Below are positions 29,761 to 40,596 of a stretch of DNA of 64,000 nt, piece by piece; within the stretch, counting starts at the first letter, position 1, and every line of letters starts with the position of its first letter. The position numbers and the translations under genes are program-made. The notes under the pieces are model-generated. The model saw only the letters and a list, made by a program, of their open reading frames with translations, did no database searches and had not been told where the DNA came from. Origin of the DNA: Bacillota bacterium (lineage in GTDB: Bacteria > Bacillota > JAAYKD01); assembly GCA_963666425.2 (NCBI GenBank), contig OY762825.2, forward strand, positions 2,528,001 through 2,592,000, read 5' to 3'.

Positions 29761-32472
29761 ATGATAGGCAATCATGACGGAAGACCAAACCCAGATGTTT
29801 TGCTGGAGCGAATTCAATCCGACGAAGAGGAAAAAGTAGGCAAGCTGAAGGTGTTTTTCGGATACGCGGCAGGTGTAGGCAAAACATATGCCATGCTGGA
29901 CGATGCAAAGGAACAATTTAAAAACGGTGTCGATGTCTTGGTCGGATATGTGGAACCACATACACGGCCTGATACGATGCGATTACTGGAAGGACTACCA
30001 ATACTGCCTCCGCTCGTTGTTCCGTATAAAAACCTGCAGCTTAAAGAATTCGATCTGGATGCGGCGCTTTTACGCAAACCTAAACTGATTCTAGTCGATG
30101 AGCTCGCTCACACAAATCCTGTGGGAGTTCGAAATAGAAAAAGATATCAGGACATTGAAGAGCTTCTCAAAGCGGGAATTGATGTTTTTACGACCATCAA
30201 TGTACAGCATATCGAAAGCCTGAATGATGTAGTAGAGGATATTACTAAAATTCAGGTGAAAGAAACTGTACCCGATTCTATCTTCGACAAAGCTGACATG
30301 GTAAAGCTCATTGATATTGAACCTGACGAGCTTTTAAGGCGTTTTGAGAACGGCAAAATCTATTCTCCTGAAAGAGCAGAGATGGCGCGCAATCATTTCT
30401 TTATCAGAGAAAACCTACGGCTTTTACGAGAAATTGCAATGCGCAAGGCAACGGACCGAATCAGTCACGGCAATCAAAATGAATTGAAAATGGCAGAAAA
30501 AATGGCCAGCGCAAAAATTCTTGTCTGCATCGGCACTTCTCCATCCTCCGCCAGATGCATCCGGTGGACGGCGAGGACGGCTGAGGCTTTTCATGCATCC
30601 TGGGTTGCGGCCTACGTTGAAGCGATTGACAACCGATACTTAGCTGAAAGTGAGAAAAAAAATATCAAAGCCAATTTCGATTTGGCGGAACAGCTTGGTG
30701 GAGAAATTGTGACACTGAATGGTGACGATCTTGCAGCAGTGGTTTCCGAATATGCCCGGCTTTCGGGAATCACGAATATTGTCGTAGGTAAAAGCAGAAA
30801 CAAGAAGACACTCAAGAATTATTTCGAAATTGATCTTGAAGATAAGCTCGTTACCCTTCTGCCAAATGTTGAAATTCATATCATCCCCAGCAATCCATCG
30901 CAAAAGGCCTATAAGAAGGCAAGAAAAAGGCAACATGGCCCGAGTGTTTCCTTTTCTGTAGCCGACACATTAAAAACCTTAGGCTGCTTAATTGCGGCAA
31001 CCCTGATCTGCAAAGTTCTGCAGGTACTGAATATTGGTGATCAAAACATCATCATGGTCTATATCTTATCTGTTCTGGTTGTTTCCCGAATGACGATGGG
31101 TTATGCTTATGGTGTGATCGCATCCATTCTCAGCGTACTTACTTTTAACTTTTTCTTTACTGTGCCTTATTATACGTTCAATGCAATTCAACCAGGTTAT
31201 CCGGTCACATTTCTCGTTATGCTGCTGATCGCGCTGATCACAAGCGCCCTCACTTTTCGGGTAAAAGCACAGGCGCAGTTGGCTGTACAGCGTGAAAGGC
31301 GCACAGAGGTTTTGTATGAAATCAATAAAAAGCTACTAGCCACAAGAGGTCTTGACAGTATAGTGGAACTGACCAATGAAAATATGATAGAGATATTCAA
31401 GCGCTCTACCATTTTCTATACTATGGATCCAGAAAACCATTCAAATGGAAGCGTCATGCTGCAGTCACCCGAAGACAACGATGCTTCATTTTTGCTTACA
31501 GAAGATGAACGTGCGGTTGCGCATTGGGTATTCGTGAATCAGAAAAACGCCGGCGCAGGAACAGATACATTGATGGGAGCAAGCGCATTTTACATACCGG
31601 TTATTTCTCAGAGCAAGGTCCTGGGAGTGATCGGACTTTCATGCATGAAAGGGGAGCTCGATCAGCATAGCCGACTATTCCTGCAAATGATTCTGTCACA
31701 GGTGGCAATGGCTCTGGAACGACAAAGACTAACTGATGAGCAACGGCAGATATTAATTGAATCAGAAAGAGAAAAGATGAGAAGTAATCTTCTCAGGTCG
31801 ATTTCGCATGACTTACGCACTCCATTAATGTGTATTTCCGGTGCAGTATCAGCCATTCTTGAAAGTGGTGAAACACTTGATAAAGGAACTCATGACAAAT
31901 TTTTAACCAATATCAGAGACGATTCTCTGTGGCTGATTCGCATGGTCGAAAATATACTGTCCGTAACGCGCATTAGCGAAGGAGCTGCGAGCGTTTCGAA
32001 AGTACCTGAGGCAGCAGAAGAAATTGTTGCTGAGTCTGTCAGTCGCATTCGTAAGAGATTTCCTGACAGGAAGATCGCTGTAAAGGTACCGAATGAATTT
32101 TTGATGGTTCCTATGGATGGAACTCTGATCGAACAGGTTATGATTAACCTATTGGAAAATGCCATTAAGCATTCAAAAGAAGATTCTCTGATTGAGGTTA
32201 CAGTCTACAAAAATGGAAATGCAGCTGTTTTTGAAGTGATTGACAACGGAGAAGGAATTGCGGTAGAGGATCTTCCCTATTTATTCGAGAATAATTTACC
32301 GAACAAGAAAAACAGCTTGGACTTATCAAGGGGAATGGGAATCGGATTGTCTATCTGTATGTCGATTATAAAAGCGCATAAAGGGAAACTGGAAGCAGTC
32401 AATAAAACAGATGGCGGCGCAATTTTTCGCTTTATTCTGCCGCTGAAAGAAGAGGAAAGCAATGCAGAATAA
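29761..32472 (+). CDS. kdpD: Sensor histidine kinase KdpD
   Basis: GYAAGVGKTYAML, VDELAHTN, Usp domain, four TMs, SISHDLRTPL, NLLENAIKH, GMGIGLSI. Confidence 0.96.
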   Translation: MIGNHDGRPNPDVLLERIQSDEEEKVGKLKVFFGYAAGVGKTYAMLDDAKEQFKNGVDVLVGYVEPHTRPDTMRLLEGLPILPPLVVPYKNLQLKEFDLDAALLRKPKLILVDELAHTNPVGVRNRKRYQDIEELLKAGIDVFTTINVQHIESLNDVVEDITKIQVKETVPDSIFDKADMVKLIDIEPDELLRRFENGKIYSPERAEMARNHFFIRENLRLLREIAMRKATDRISHGNQNELKMAEKMASAKILVCIGTSPSSARCIRWTARTAEAFHASWVAAYVEAIDNRYLAESEKKNIKANFDLAEQLGGEIVTLNGDDLAAVVSEYARLSGITNIVVGKSRNKKTLKNYFEIDLEDKLVTLLPNVEIHIIPSNPSQKAYKKARKRQHGPSVSFSVADTLKTLGCLIAATLICKVLQVLNIGDQNIIMVYILSVLVVSRMTMGYAYGVIASILSVLTFNFFFTVPYYTFNAIQPGYPVTFLVMLLIALITSALTFRVKAQAQLAVQRERRTEVLYEINKKLLATRGLDSIVELTNENMIEIFKRSTIFYTMDPENHSNGSVMLQSPEDNDASFLLTEDERAVAHWVFVNQKNAGAGTDTLMGASAFYIPVISQSKVLGVIGLSCMKGELDQHSRLFLQMILSQVAMALERQRLTDEQRQILIESEREKMRSNLLRSISHDLRTPLMCISGAVSAILESGETLDKGTHDKFLTNIRDDSLWLIRMVENILSVTRISEGAASVSKVPEAAEEIVAESVSRIRKRFPDRKIAVKVPNEFLMVPMDGTLIEQVMINLLENAIKHSKEDSLIEVTVYKNGNAAVFEVIDNGEGIAVEDLPYLFENNLPNKKNSLDLSRGMGIGLSICMSIIKAHKGKLEAVNKTDGGAIFRFILPLKEEESNAE

Positions 32473-33175
32473 GCCGTTAATTTTAATCGTGGAAGATGAA
32501 GATGTAATCAGCGATTATATCTCCACTGTACTGGCTGCAAATGGCTTTCATTCAATCAAAACCTCGAAAGGCAAGGAAGCTGTTTCAATGGCAGCATCAC
32601 ATGGTCCTGATCTGATTTTGCTTGATTTGGGGTTGCCTGATATGGATGGTCTGGAAGTTCTGAAAATGATCCGGCAATGGACGGGACTTCCGGTGATTGT
32701 TGTTTCTGCACGGGGACATGAGCGAGAAAAAGTGGAAGCACTCGATCTCGGAGCGGATGATTATATCACAAAGCCATTTGGTACGGCAGAATTGCTGGCG
32801 AGAATTAGAACCGGACTCCGTCACCGCCAGAATCTCATAGAGAGCAACGGTTCTGACAGTGGAAAAATCACAACGCGAGAGCTCGAAATTGATTATGGCA
32901 AAAGATTGGTACTGTTAGCCGGAAAGGAAATCCATCTGACACCGACGGAATATAAAATAATCGCTCTTCTTTCTCGATATATCGGAAAAGTATTGACACA
33001 TGATTTTATCATGAGAGAGATATGGGGCCCTTTTACAAATGATACTGATTCGAGCGAGATACAAGCACTACGTGTTAATATGGCGAATATTCGAAGAAAG
33101 CTTGAAGTGAATCCCGGAGAACCGGTGTTTATTGTGACAGAGGTTGGAGTTGGCTATCGGATGACAGAAGAGTAA
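32462..33175 (+). CDS. kdpE: Response regulator KdpE
   Basis: LLDLGLPDMDG, GADDYITKPF, HLTPTEY, LRVNMANIRRKLE, GVGYR. Confidence 0.95.
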   Translation: MQNKPLILIVEDEDVISDYISTVLAANGFHSIKTSKGKEAVSMAASHGPDLILLDLGLPDMDGLEVLKMIRQWTGLPVIVVSARGHEREKVEALDLGADDYITKPFGTAELLARIRTGLRHRQNLIESNGSDSGKITTRELEIDYGKRLVLLAGKEIHLTPTEYKIIALLSRYIGKVLTHDFIMREIWGPFTNDTDSSEIQALRVNMANIRRKLEVNPGEPVFIVTEVGVGYRMTEE

Positions 33176-33258
33176 TCAAGAAAGAATTGCTGCATTTTAT
33201 TGATGATTCGATTCGGTCCTGATTTTTCATAAATTCAGTTTCTGTTTTGCATTTCACC

Positions 33259-33287
33259 TTGACTATGAGAGAGAAAAAGCATACAAT
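33259..33287 (+). promoter_or_regulatory. Sigma-A promoter for glnS
   Basis: TTGACT-17 bp-TACAAT. Confidence 0.65.
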
Positions 33288-33349
33288 CTTGATAGTACAG
33301 CAGAAAAGCGTTCCGCTTTTCGCTGAAAATAAACAAAGGAGGAAATGCC

Positions 33350-35074
33350 ATGGCAGACGTGTTGGAAAATACCAACCAGATGGTGAAAAGCGAAGCTTCC
33401 ACCTCAAGCAATTATATCCGTGAGATCATGTTGGAAGACATCAAAAATCAGAAAAACGGTGGCGCGATCCAAACCCGCTTCCCACCCGAGCCCAATGGCT
33501 ATCTACACCTTGGCCACCTGATGGCGCTGGTCGCTGATTTTGGCTTAGCAGAAGAGATGGGCGGCAAATGCAACCTGCGGTTTGACGATACAAATCCCGA
33601 TGCCGAAGAAAAGGAATTTGTTGACAATATTATCGAAGACATCCACTGGATGGGTTATGATTACGAAGACCGGCTTTTTTATGCCTCCGATTATTTCGAG
33701 AAGCTCTATGGTTTTGCCGTACAGTTGATCAAAGATGGGGAAGCCTATGTCGATGATCTTAGTATGGATGAAATGCGGGAGCATCGCGGCACCTTGACAG
33801 AACCGGGTATCGATTCCCCTTGGCGAAACCGCAGCATCGCAGAAAATCTCGATTTATTCCAGCGCATGAAGAATGGCGAATTTGCGGAAGGCAGCCGAAC
33901 ACTGCGAGCGAAGATCAATATGAAGGCCGGCAATGTCAATATGCGTGATCCGGTTATTTATCGGATCAAAAACGCGCCGCATCATCGCTCCGGCACGAAA
34001 TGGCATATTTATCCGATGTATGATTATCAGCATCCTCTTTCCGATGCCATTGAAGGCGTGACCCATTCCATGTGCTCTCTGGAGTATGTTGATCACAACG
34101 AGTTATATCGTTGGTTTATCGATCATGTCAAATGGCAGCAGACACCCGAGGACCATGTGCCATATCAGTATGAATGGTCCCGCCTGAACATTACCGGTAC
34201 GATTATGAGTAAGCGGAAACTACGCAAACTGGTGATGGAAAACTGGGTCGACGGCTGGGATGATCCGCGTATGCCCACCATCTGCGGACTGCGCCGACGC
34301 GGTTACACACCTGACGCTTTAAAAGATTTTATTTATCGCTGCGGCGTCTCACGTTCGCCGAAGACGGTGGATGCGGCTCTGTTGGAGCATTGTATTCGGG
34401 AAGAATTGAATGCCAGCGCCGTGCGGGCAATGGCAGTACTCAATCCACTCAAGGTGATCATCAGCAATTATCCGGAAGAAAAGATCGAAATGCTGGAATT
34501 GGAGAACAATCCGGAGAATCCGGCAGCGGGAGTGCATCTGCTGCCTTTCTGCCGTGAATTGTATATTGAGCAGGAAGATTTTATGGAAGATCCGCCAAAG
34601 AAATTCTTCCGTTTGCGTCCGGACGGGGATATCCGTTTGAAAGGTGCTTATATCATTCATTGTGACGAAGTGATCAAGAATGAACAGGGTGAAGTCATCG
34701 AGCTGCACTGCAGCTATGATCCAGACAGCAAGAGCGGTGGCTTAACAGCCGGCCGTAAGGTTAAAGGTACTTCACATTGGGTTTCTGCCCGCCATTGCCG
34801 TACCGTCAATGTGCGTCTCTATGATACCTTGTTCACTCGCGACAATCCGGAAGATACGGAAGAAGGTCAGGATTTCACGGCTTTTGTCAATCCGGATTCT
34901 TTGAAAGTATTAAACAACTGCAAAGTCGAACCGCGTCTGGCGGAAGCCAAAGGTGGCGAGCGCTTTCAGTTTTTGCGTCAGGGTTACTTCTATGTGGATC
35001 ATACAGACTTTGCCAAAGGTGATTTGGTCTTCAACCGAATTGTCGGTTTGAAGGATTCCTGGCTGAAAAAGTAA
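33350..35074 (+). CDS. glnS: Glutamine--tRNA ligase (GlnRS family), divergent
   Basis: TRFPPEPNGYLHLGH, LRFDDTNP, YPMYD, MSKRKL, GWDDPRMPT, FQFLRQGYF. Confidence 0.88.
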   Translation: MADVLENTNQMVKSEASTSSNYIREIMLEDIKNQKNGGAIQTRFPPEPNGYLHLGHLMALVADFGLAEEMGGKCNLRFDDTNPDAEEKEFVDNIIEDIHWMGYDYEDRLFYASDYFEKLYGFAVQLIKDGEAYVDDLSMDEMREHRGTLTEPGIDSPWRNRSIAENLDLFQRMKNGEFAEGSRTLRAKINMKAGNVNMRDPVIYRIKNAPHHRSGTKWHIYPMYDYQHPLSDAIEGVTHSMCSLEYVDHNELYRWFIDHVKWQQTPEDHVPYQYEWSRLNITGTIMSKRKLRKLVMENWVDGWDDPRMPTICGLRRRGYTPDALKDFIYRCGVSRSPKTVDAALLEHCIREELNASAVRAMAVLNPLKVIISNYPEEKIEMLELENNPENPAAGVHLLPFCRELYIEQEDFMEDPPKKFFRLRPDGDIRLKGAYIIHCDEVIKNEQGEVIELHCSYDPDSKSGGLTAGRKVKGTSHWVSARHCRTVNVRLYDTLFTRDNPEDTEEGQDFTAFVNPDSLKVLNNCKVEPRLAEAKGGERFQFLRQGYFYVDHTDFAKGDLVFNRIVGLKDSWLKK

Positions 35075-35127
35075 GTAGGATCCGTCGGATGCGGCAAGAA
35101 AATGTATGACGAATTTGAAAAATACTC

Positions 35128-35156
35128 TTGTCTTTTCTGTGAAGATGCGGTAGAAT
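35128..35156 (+). promoter_or_regulatory. Sigma-A promoter for the ABC solute-binding gene
   Basis: TTGTCT-17 bp-TAGAAT. Confidence 0.6.
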
Positions 35157-35186
35157 GAAGCTATCCAAATTTGAAGGAGGGTATTC

Positions 35187-36566
35187 ATGATGCGCAAAAA
35201 ACTTTTGGCTGTGCTGCTGGTTGTGATGATAGTTTTAACGGCAGGTTGTGCCCCCAAAGCTCCGGAAGTGAAACCTGTAGCTCTTACCATCTGGCATTAT
35301 TTCAGCGGGGCACAAAAAGAAGCTCTGGATGCAATTGTAGCCGATTTTAATGCTACCGTCGGAAAAGACAATAAGATCACTGTGACTGCTGAAAACCAAG
35401 GCACAACGGCAGACCTGCAAAAGAAAGTTCAGACTGCAGCCGAAGCTGGTTTAGCGAATTTGCCTGACATTATCCATGGCTATCCGGATATTACAGCTAC
35501 CCTGCACGCGAAAGGCTTCATTGCCGATATAGGAAGCTATGTTACCAAAAAAGATGCCGGTGAATATGAGGTTTCGTCAAATGAGCTAGCCGATTATTAT
35601 GAGGGATTCATTGCAGAAGGTTCACAGTTTGAAGGCGGCGCATTCCGCTTGATGCCGATTGCCAAATCCAGCGAATTGTTATTCTTGAACAGAACTCTGT
35701 GGGATAACATCAAAGGGCAAATTGGCTGCACCGATACAGATCTGACAAATTGGGAAGGCATTGCCAAAGCCGGCAAAGCTTACACCGCAAAAACCGGTAA
35801 AGCGTTCTTTGGCATCGATTCCATGGCCAATTTCTTCTATTTGAGCGGCTATCAGCAAGGCATTGAATTTGTCACACCGGGCAAGTTTACCTCCAACGAA
35901 GCAGCCGAACAAAAGATTTATAATTTTGTAGCTGACGGGATTGCCAATGGCTGGTTAGTCACAAAAGACGCCAATAAAAAATACAATTCCGATTTCATGA
36001 ATGACGGCACTGCCGTCTGCTATGTTGGTTCCAACTCCGGTACTACCTACCTTAATCCCAAAACAGATAAGGGTCAAGCTACCGAAGATACGTTGAATTG
36101 TTTGTCCTATCCTGTCTGGACTGGCGCTACAGCGGCAGTGATCCAACAGGGTGCTGGTATGTCCATCGCGAAAAAGGGCGAAGATAAGGAAAAAGCAGCT
36201 GTTAAATTCCTGTTTTTCCTGACCAATGCCGCCAATACAGCCAAATTCTCGATGACCAGCGGTTACCTACCTGTGCGCAAAAGCGCTTCTACCAACAAGA
36301 CATTTTCTGATTTCTTAGCCGGAAAAGATGCGGCTGGGAAAGCGCTGGACGTGAAATCAGCCAAAGTATCCATGGCTGTCAATGCGGTTTTGACCCAATT
36401 CAAGACTTATAAAACCTATTACACACCGGCGTTCACCAACTCCAATGTCATTCGCGATAAGGTTGATGAGCAGATGAATAAAATCGTAGCTGGAACCTAT
36501 ACTGATTTCCAAACTTTCTATACGAATCTGAACACCGAAGTGCAGAGCATTATCACCGGCAGATAA
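35187..36566 (+). CDS. ABC solute-binding lipoprotein (UgpB/sugar family)
   Basis: Lipobox LTAGC; IWHYFSG, LPDI, P..KS, QQGAG, SGYLPVRKS. Confidence 0.85.
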   Translation: MMRKKLLAVLLVVMIVLTAGCAPKAPEVKPVALTIWHYFSGAQKEALDAIVADFNATVGKDNKITVTAENQGTTADLQKKVQTAAEAGLANLPDIIHGYPDITATLHAKGFIADIGSYVTKKDAGEYEVSSNELADYYEGFIAEGSQFEGGAFRLMPIAKSSELLFLNRTLWDNIKGQIGCTDTDLTNWEGIAKAGKAYTAKTGKAFFGIDSMANFFYLSGYQQGIEFVTPGKFTSNEAAEQKIYNFVADGIANGWLVTKDANKKYNSDFMNDGTAVCYVGSNSGTTYLNPKTDKGQATEDTLNCLSYPVWTGATAAVIQQGAGMSIAKKGEDKEKAAVKFLFFLTNAANTAKFSMTSGYLPVRKSASTNKTFSDFLAGKDAAGKALDVKSAKVSMAVNAVLTQFKTYKTYYTPAFTNSNVIRDKVDEQMNKIVAGTYTDFQTFYTNLNTEVQSIITGR

Positions 36567-36788
36567 ACTTCGGGATGGATGAGACTGTATCAAGAAAAGA
36601 ACCTGTTCCGTTTTTACGACGGGACAGGTTTTTTTAAAAGTACAAACGGCTGCAGCAAACTTTCCGCGATGCAGCGGAAGGATTCCACTCTGGCAAAGTA
36701 TAATAGTAAGACGACATGGTTTTGTAACAGAAGATACAGGTGCAAGTTCCAATCGATAAAAATGATTCACAAAAAGGAGCGATGTGCG

Positions 36789-37856
36789 GTGCGCATAAAA
36801 CTAGAGAATGTTACAGTTCGGTTTAAAGATAGAAAGAATCCTAAAAATGAAGTTCTGGCTGTGAATCATGTGAATTTGGAAATCCCCGAAGGGAAATTGA
36901 TCTGCTTGTTGGGGCCATCCGGCTGTGGGAAATCGACCACCTTGTTTGCGATTGCCGGCTTGCAGGAATTATCGGAAGGAAAGATCTATTTTGGCGACGA
37001 CGATGTTACCAATCTGGATACACAGGAAAGAGGCATCGGTTTGGTATTTCAAAACTATGCCCTTTACCCGCACATGACGGTAGCGGGTAATATTTCTTTT
37101 CCTTTGAAAAATGCCAAATGGAGTAAGGAAGCCATCGAAGCACGGGTGAATGAAGTAGCAAAAATCGTGCAGATTGGTGAATTGCTGGACCGCAAACCGG
37201 CTCAGCTTTCCGGCGGTCAGCAGCAGCGGGTAGCCATTGCACGTGCTTTGGCCAAAAACCCGAAGATTTTACTGCTGGACGAGCCCTTATCGAACCTAGA
37301 TGCCAAATTGCGTCACAGCACGCGCGAAGAAATCAAACGAATTCAAAAAGCAACCGGGATCACAACCATTTTTGTGACCCATGATCAGGAAGAAGCGATG
37401 ACGATTTCCGATGAGATTGTGATCATGGAGGCGGGTTCTTTCCGTCAGCAGGGACAGCCGCAGGATGTCTATGAGAAGCCTTCCAGCATTTTTGTGGCAG
37501 GTTTTATCGGTTCACCGACTATGAATTTCTTTGAAGGACGCTTTGAAAATAACGGAGTCTGGGTCGATCAGTATCGGATTGCCAGTCATTCCGGTCAGTC
37601 TGGCAAGGTGATTGTCGGGGTCAGAGCAGAATCGATTCGCTTGGCGGAGCAGGGGCTAAAAGGTCATGTCACCAATGTCGAATTATTGGGCAGAGAACGC
37701 ATGTGCCGGGTCGTGCTGGAAAATGGGGTAGCAGTCGCTATGGTCACCAGCATTGATACCATCATTGAAGATGAATCGGATATTGTGGTCGATTTTGCCC
37801 CAGGGAAAGTCTACTTGTTCGACAGTGAAACTGGCTTAGCTTTAACGAGGATATAG
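36789..37856 (+). CDS. CUT1 ABC importer ATPase (MalK/UgpC type)
   Basis: GPSGCGKST, VFQNYALYPHMTV, LSGGQQQR, DEPLSNLDAKLR, THDQEEAM. GTG start after AAGGAG. Confidence 0.92.
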   Translation: MRIKLENVTVRFKDRKNPKNEVLAVNHVNLEIPEGKLICLLGPSGCGKSTTLFAIAGLQELSEGKIYFGDDDVTNLDTQERGIGLVFQNYALYPHMTVAGNISFPLKNAKWSKEAIEARVNEVAKIVQIGELLDRKPAQLSGGQQQRVAIARALAKNPKILLLDEPLSNLDAKLRHSTREEIKRIQKATGITTIFVTHDQEEAMTISDEIVIMEAGSFRQQGQPQDVYEKPSSIFVAGFIGSPTMNFFEGRFENNGVWVDQYRIASHSGQSGKVIVGVRAESIRLAEQGLKGHVTNVELLGRERMCRVVLENGVAVAMVTSIDTIIEDESDIVVDFAPGKVYLFDSETGLALTRI

Positions 37857-38734
37857 TGATGCAAAAACACGGATTTCGTAAAGCCCTGCCTTTCTTATTG
37901 CCTGCAACATTGATTTTATCTGTTTTTACGTTTTATCCGCTGGTCGACGCGTTGATTCAGAGTTTCAACCGCCTGCCCAATCCGGAACATTATGAATTGT
38001 CATTAAAGACTTACCAATGGTTATTTCATGATGCCAGCTTTATCAGCTCAGTGAAAAATACATTGCTCTATACAGCGGTGACCGTCCCGGTTTCGATTGC
38101 GATTTCGCTGTTGATATCCGCGCTGCTGACCTCGGTTACCCGTCTGCGGGTTTTCTTTCAGACGGTTTATTTCCTGCCTTATGTTACTTCTGCTGTCGCC
38201 GTCGCCTTTACCTGGGGTTACCTATTCAATGCCGATTACGGTTTAATCAATATGATCTTAAATCATCTATTTGGCATTGCCAGCATCCCCTGGATTAAAG
38301 ATCCGCAGTACGCGATGTCTGCCGTGATTATTTTTGGCGTCTGGCGCTCGCTCGCTTTTAATATTCTAATTTTAACGACCGGAATGCTATCGATCGATCC
38401 ACAGTATTATAAGGCTGCCAAAATCGATGGAGCCAATACAGCCACCACATTTTTTAAAATCACGCTCCCGCTCTTGTCGCCGATCCTTTCTTATGTCTTT
38501 ACGATCGGATTGATCAATGCTTTTAAAGTCTTTACAGAAGTTTATGCCTTGATCGGCAGCTATGCCCGGGTCTATCAGGCCAATACCATGGTCTTCTATA
38601 TTTTTGATCAATTATGGATTTACCAGGATTACTCTCTGGCTTCCGCCGCTGCCATCGTTTTGCTTGTGATCATTTTGGTCCTGACCGTCTTTTCACGCTG
38701 GTTGTCGGCCAAAACAGATTACAATGCATCATAA
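37856..38734 (+). CDS. CUT1 ABC importer permease (UgpA type)
   Basis: Multiple TMs; YFLPYVTS.VA; EAA-like YYKAAKIDGA. Confidence 0.9.
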   Translation: MMQKHGFRKALPFLLPATLILSVFTFYPLVDALIQSFNRLPNPEHYELSLKTYQWLFHDASFISSVKNTLLYTAVTVPVSIAISLLISALLTSVTRLRVFFQTVYFLPYVTSAVAVAFTWGYLFNADYGLINMILNHLFGIASIPWIKDPQYAMSAVIIFGVWRSLAFNILILTTGMLSIDPQYYKAAKIDGANTATTFFKITLPLLSPILSYVFTIGLINAFKVFTEVYALIGSYARVYQANTMVFYIFDQLWIYQDYSLASAAAIVLLVIILVLTVFSRWLSAKTDYNAS

Positions 38735-38748
38735 GAGAGGAGCGCGTC

Positions 38749-39591
38749 ATGAATAAACTAAAATCTACACTCAAACAAGTCACCGCCAAAACAGCAGCCT
38801 ATGCGATTCTGGGGCTTTTTGCTGTGATCACGCTGTTCCCCTTTTATTGGATGGCAATCACCGCCTTGCGCGATTCCTCCGCTGCCATCACCTGGCCGCC
38901 GGAATTGTGGCCCAGTGAGTTCCATTGGGAGAATTTTAGCAGACTCTTAGCGGCAGCGCCTTTTGGTTTGTATTTTAAGAATTCGGTGATCGTGGTGATC
39001 ATGGATTTATTTGTCAGCCTGATCGTCATGACCTGTGCGGCTTTTGCTTTTGCTCATTATGAGTTTAGAGGCAAAGAAACCTTATTTCTTTTATTTTTAG
39101 CAACCATGATGGTGCCCAGCGAGGCGCTGATCATCACGAATTTCCGTACGGTCGCGGCGTTGGGTTGGTTTGATACCTACCATGTCTTATTCCTGCCTTA
39201 TGTAGCCAGCGTATTTTACATTTATCTCTTGCGGCAGTCATTTGAATCGATCCCGAAACAACTTTATTTAGCTGCCAAGGTGGACGGCTGCACTGATTTT
39301 GGCTATTTTTTGAAAATCTTGCTGCCGATTTCCAAGCCGATGATTATTACGATCGCTATTTTAAAGGTGATCGCTTCTTGGAATTCTTTTATGTGGCCTT
39401 TACTGGTCACCAACACCAGCCGGATGCGGGTAATTTCTTATGGTTTGGTTGCTTTCCAATCGGAAGCGGGCAGCGATTTCCCGCTGATGATGGCTGCCTC
39501 TGTGTTCACTGTCGGACCGATGATTCTGCTTTATTTGATTGCTCGTAAAAAAATCATCGACGGGATTGCCCGCGGCGGTTTGAAAGGCTAG
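38749..39591 (+). CDS. CUT1 ABC importer permease (UgpE type)
   Basis: PFYWM, AAFAFA, MMVP, AAKVDG, WNSFMWPL. Confidence 0.9.
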   Translation: MNKLKSTLKQVTAKTAAYAILGLFAVITLFPFYWMAITALRDSSAAITWPPELWPSEFHWENFSRLLAAAPFGLYFKNSVIVVIMDLFVSLIVMTCAAFAFAHYEFRGKETLFLLFLATMMVPSEALIITNFRTVAALGWFDTYHVLFLPYVASVFYIYLLRQSFESIPKQLYLAAKVDGCTDFGYFLKILLPISKPMIITIAILKVIASWNSFMWPLLVTNTSRMRVISYGLVAFQSEAGSDFPLMMAASVFTVGPMILLYLIARKKIIDGIARGGLKG

Positions 39592-39627
39592 AGTCTGGCT
39601 TATTTTGTAAGGAAACGGGGTTGTCAA

Positions 39628-40596
39628 ATGGCAAATCAACTTGCCTTAAAAATCTGGCAAACGATTGCCGCTTATCAGACCATCATCATTCACCGCCATG
39701 TCATCCAGGATTACGATGCCTTAGGCAGCAGCTTTGGCTTGCAGGAACTGATCCTCTCCGCCTGGCCGGATAAGAAGGTTCACGTTGTAGGGAAAACCGA
39801 CACACGCTTTTTATTGGTACCCGAGAGTGAGACCTTAGCAGCAGAAACCTGGCAGGGAGCGCTCGTGATCGTCTGTGATTGTAATAACAAGGGACGCATC
39901 GATGATACCAACTGGCAGTATGCGGATTTTCTGATCAAGATTGACCACCATGAGGATTTCCAACCCTTCGGCGATCTTTCCTGGGTGGATTCCGCCTATG
40001 CAGCGACGGCAGAGATGATGATTGATCTCTATCTGCAAGGCAAAGACGCTTACCCGCTCCGGTTAACCAAGAAGGCACGCCTTTTCTTCTATTGCGGCAT
40101 TCTGACCGATACCGGCCGTTTTCAATTTGTCCATAAAGCACAAGCCGCCCGTTTATTTAACCATGTTGCTCAGCTGGTGGCGCCTGGTGATCTGTCTCCT
40201 TTTGATATCGGCAATTTGGTTTATCGCTATACCTGGAACGAAGTTCAGATTGACGGTTATATCAAATTGAATTTTCAGCGGCCGGTGGAGCGCATGGTTT
40301 ACATCTGCATCAGTCAGACGGATTTGCAGGAACATGGCTGGTGTTTTGATGAGGTGCGCGGAAAAGTTAACAGTATGATGGGGATTATCGGGGTAAAGGT
40401 TTGGGCTTTGCTGGTGGAACGGGCAGAAGATCAGAAAATCTACGTGGAACTGCGTTCAAACGGACCGGTTGTCAATACCATTGCTCTCAAATATGGTGGT
40501 GGAGGCCATAAATTAGCCAGTGGCTGCAAACTGGATCAATGGCAGCAGGCAACAGCGCTGTTGGAAGATCTCAGGCAGGCAGCTGAGGAAATCTAG
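39628..40596 (+). CDS. nrnA: DHH/DHHA1 phosphodiesterase (NrnA-like nanoRNase/pAp phosphatase)
   Basis: HRH...DYDALGS, KIDHH, TDTGRF, LRS, GGGGHKLASG. Confidence 0.85.
   Translation: MANQLALKIWQTIAAYQTIIIHRHVIQDYDALGSSFGLQELILSAWPDKKVHVVGKTDTRFLLVPESETLAAETWQGALVIVCDCNNKGRIDDTNWQYADFLIKIDHHEDFQPFGDLSWVDSAYAATAEMMIDLYLQGKDAYPLRLTKKARLFFYCGILTDTGRFQFVHKAQAARLFNHVAQLVAPGDLSPFDIGNLVYRYTWNEVQIDGYIKLNFQRPVERMVYICISQTDLQEHGWCFDEVRGKVNSMMGIIGVKVWALLVERAEDQKIYVELRSNGPVVNTIALKYGGGGHKLASGCKLDQWQQATALLEDLRQAAEEI

Noticed and set aside
25302..33175. kdp operon as a novelty
   Set aside because: Complete and canonical kdpFABCDE.
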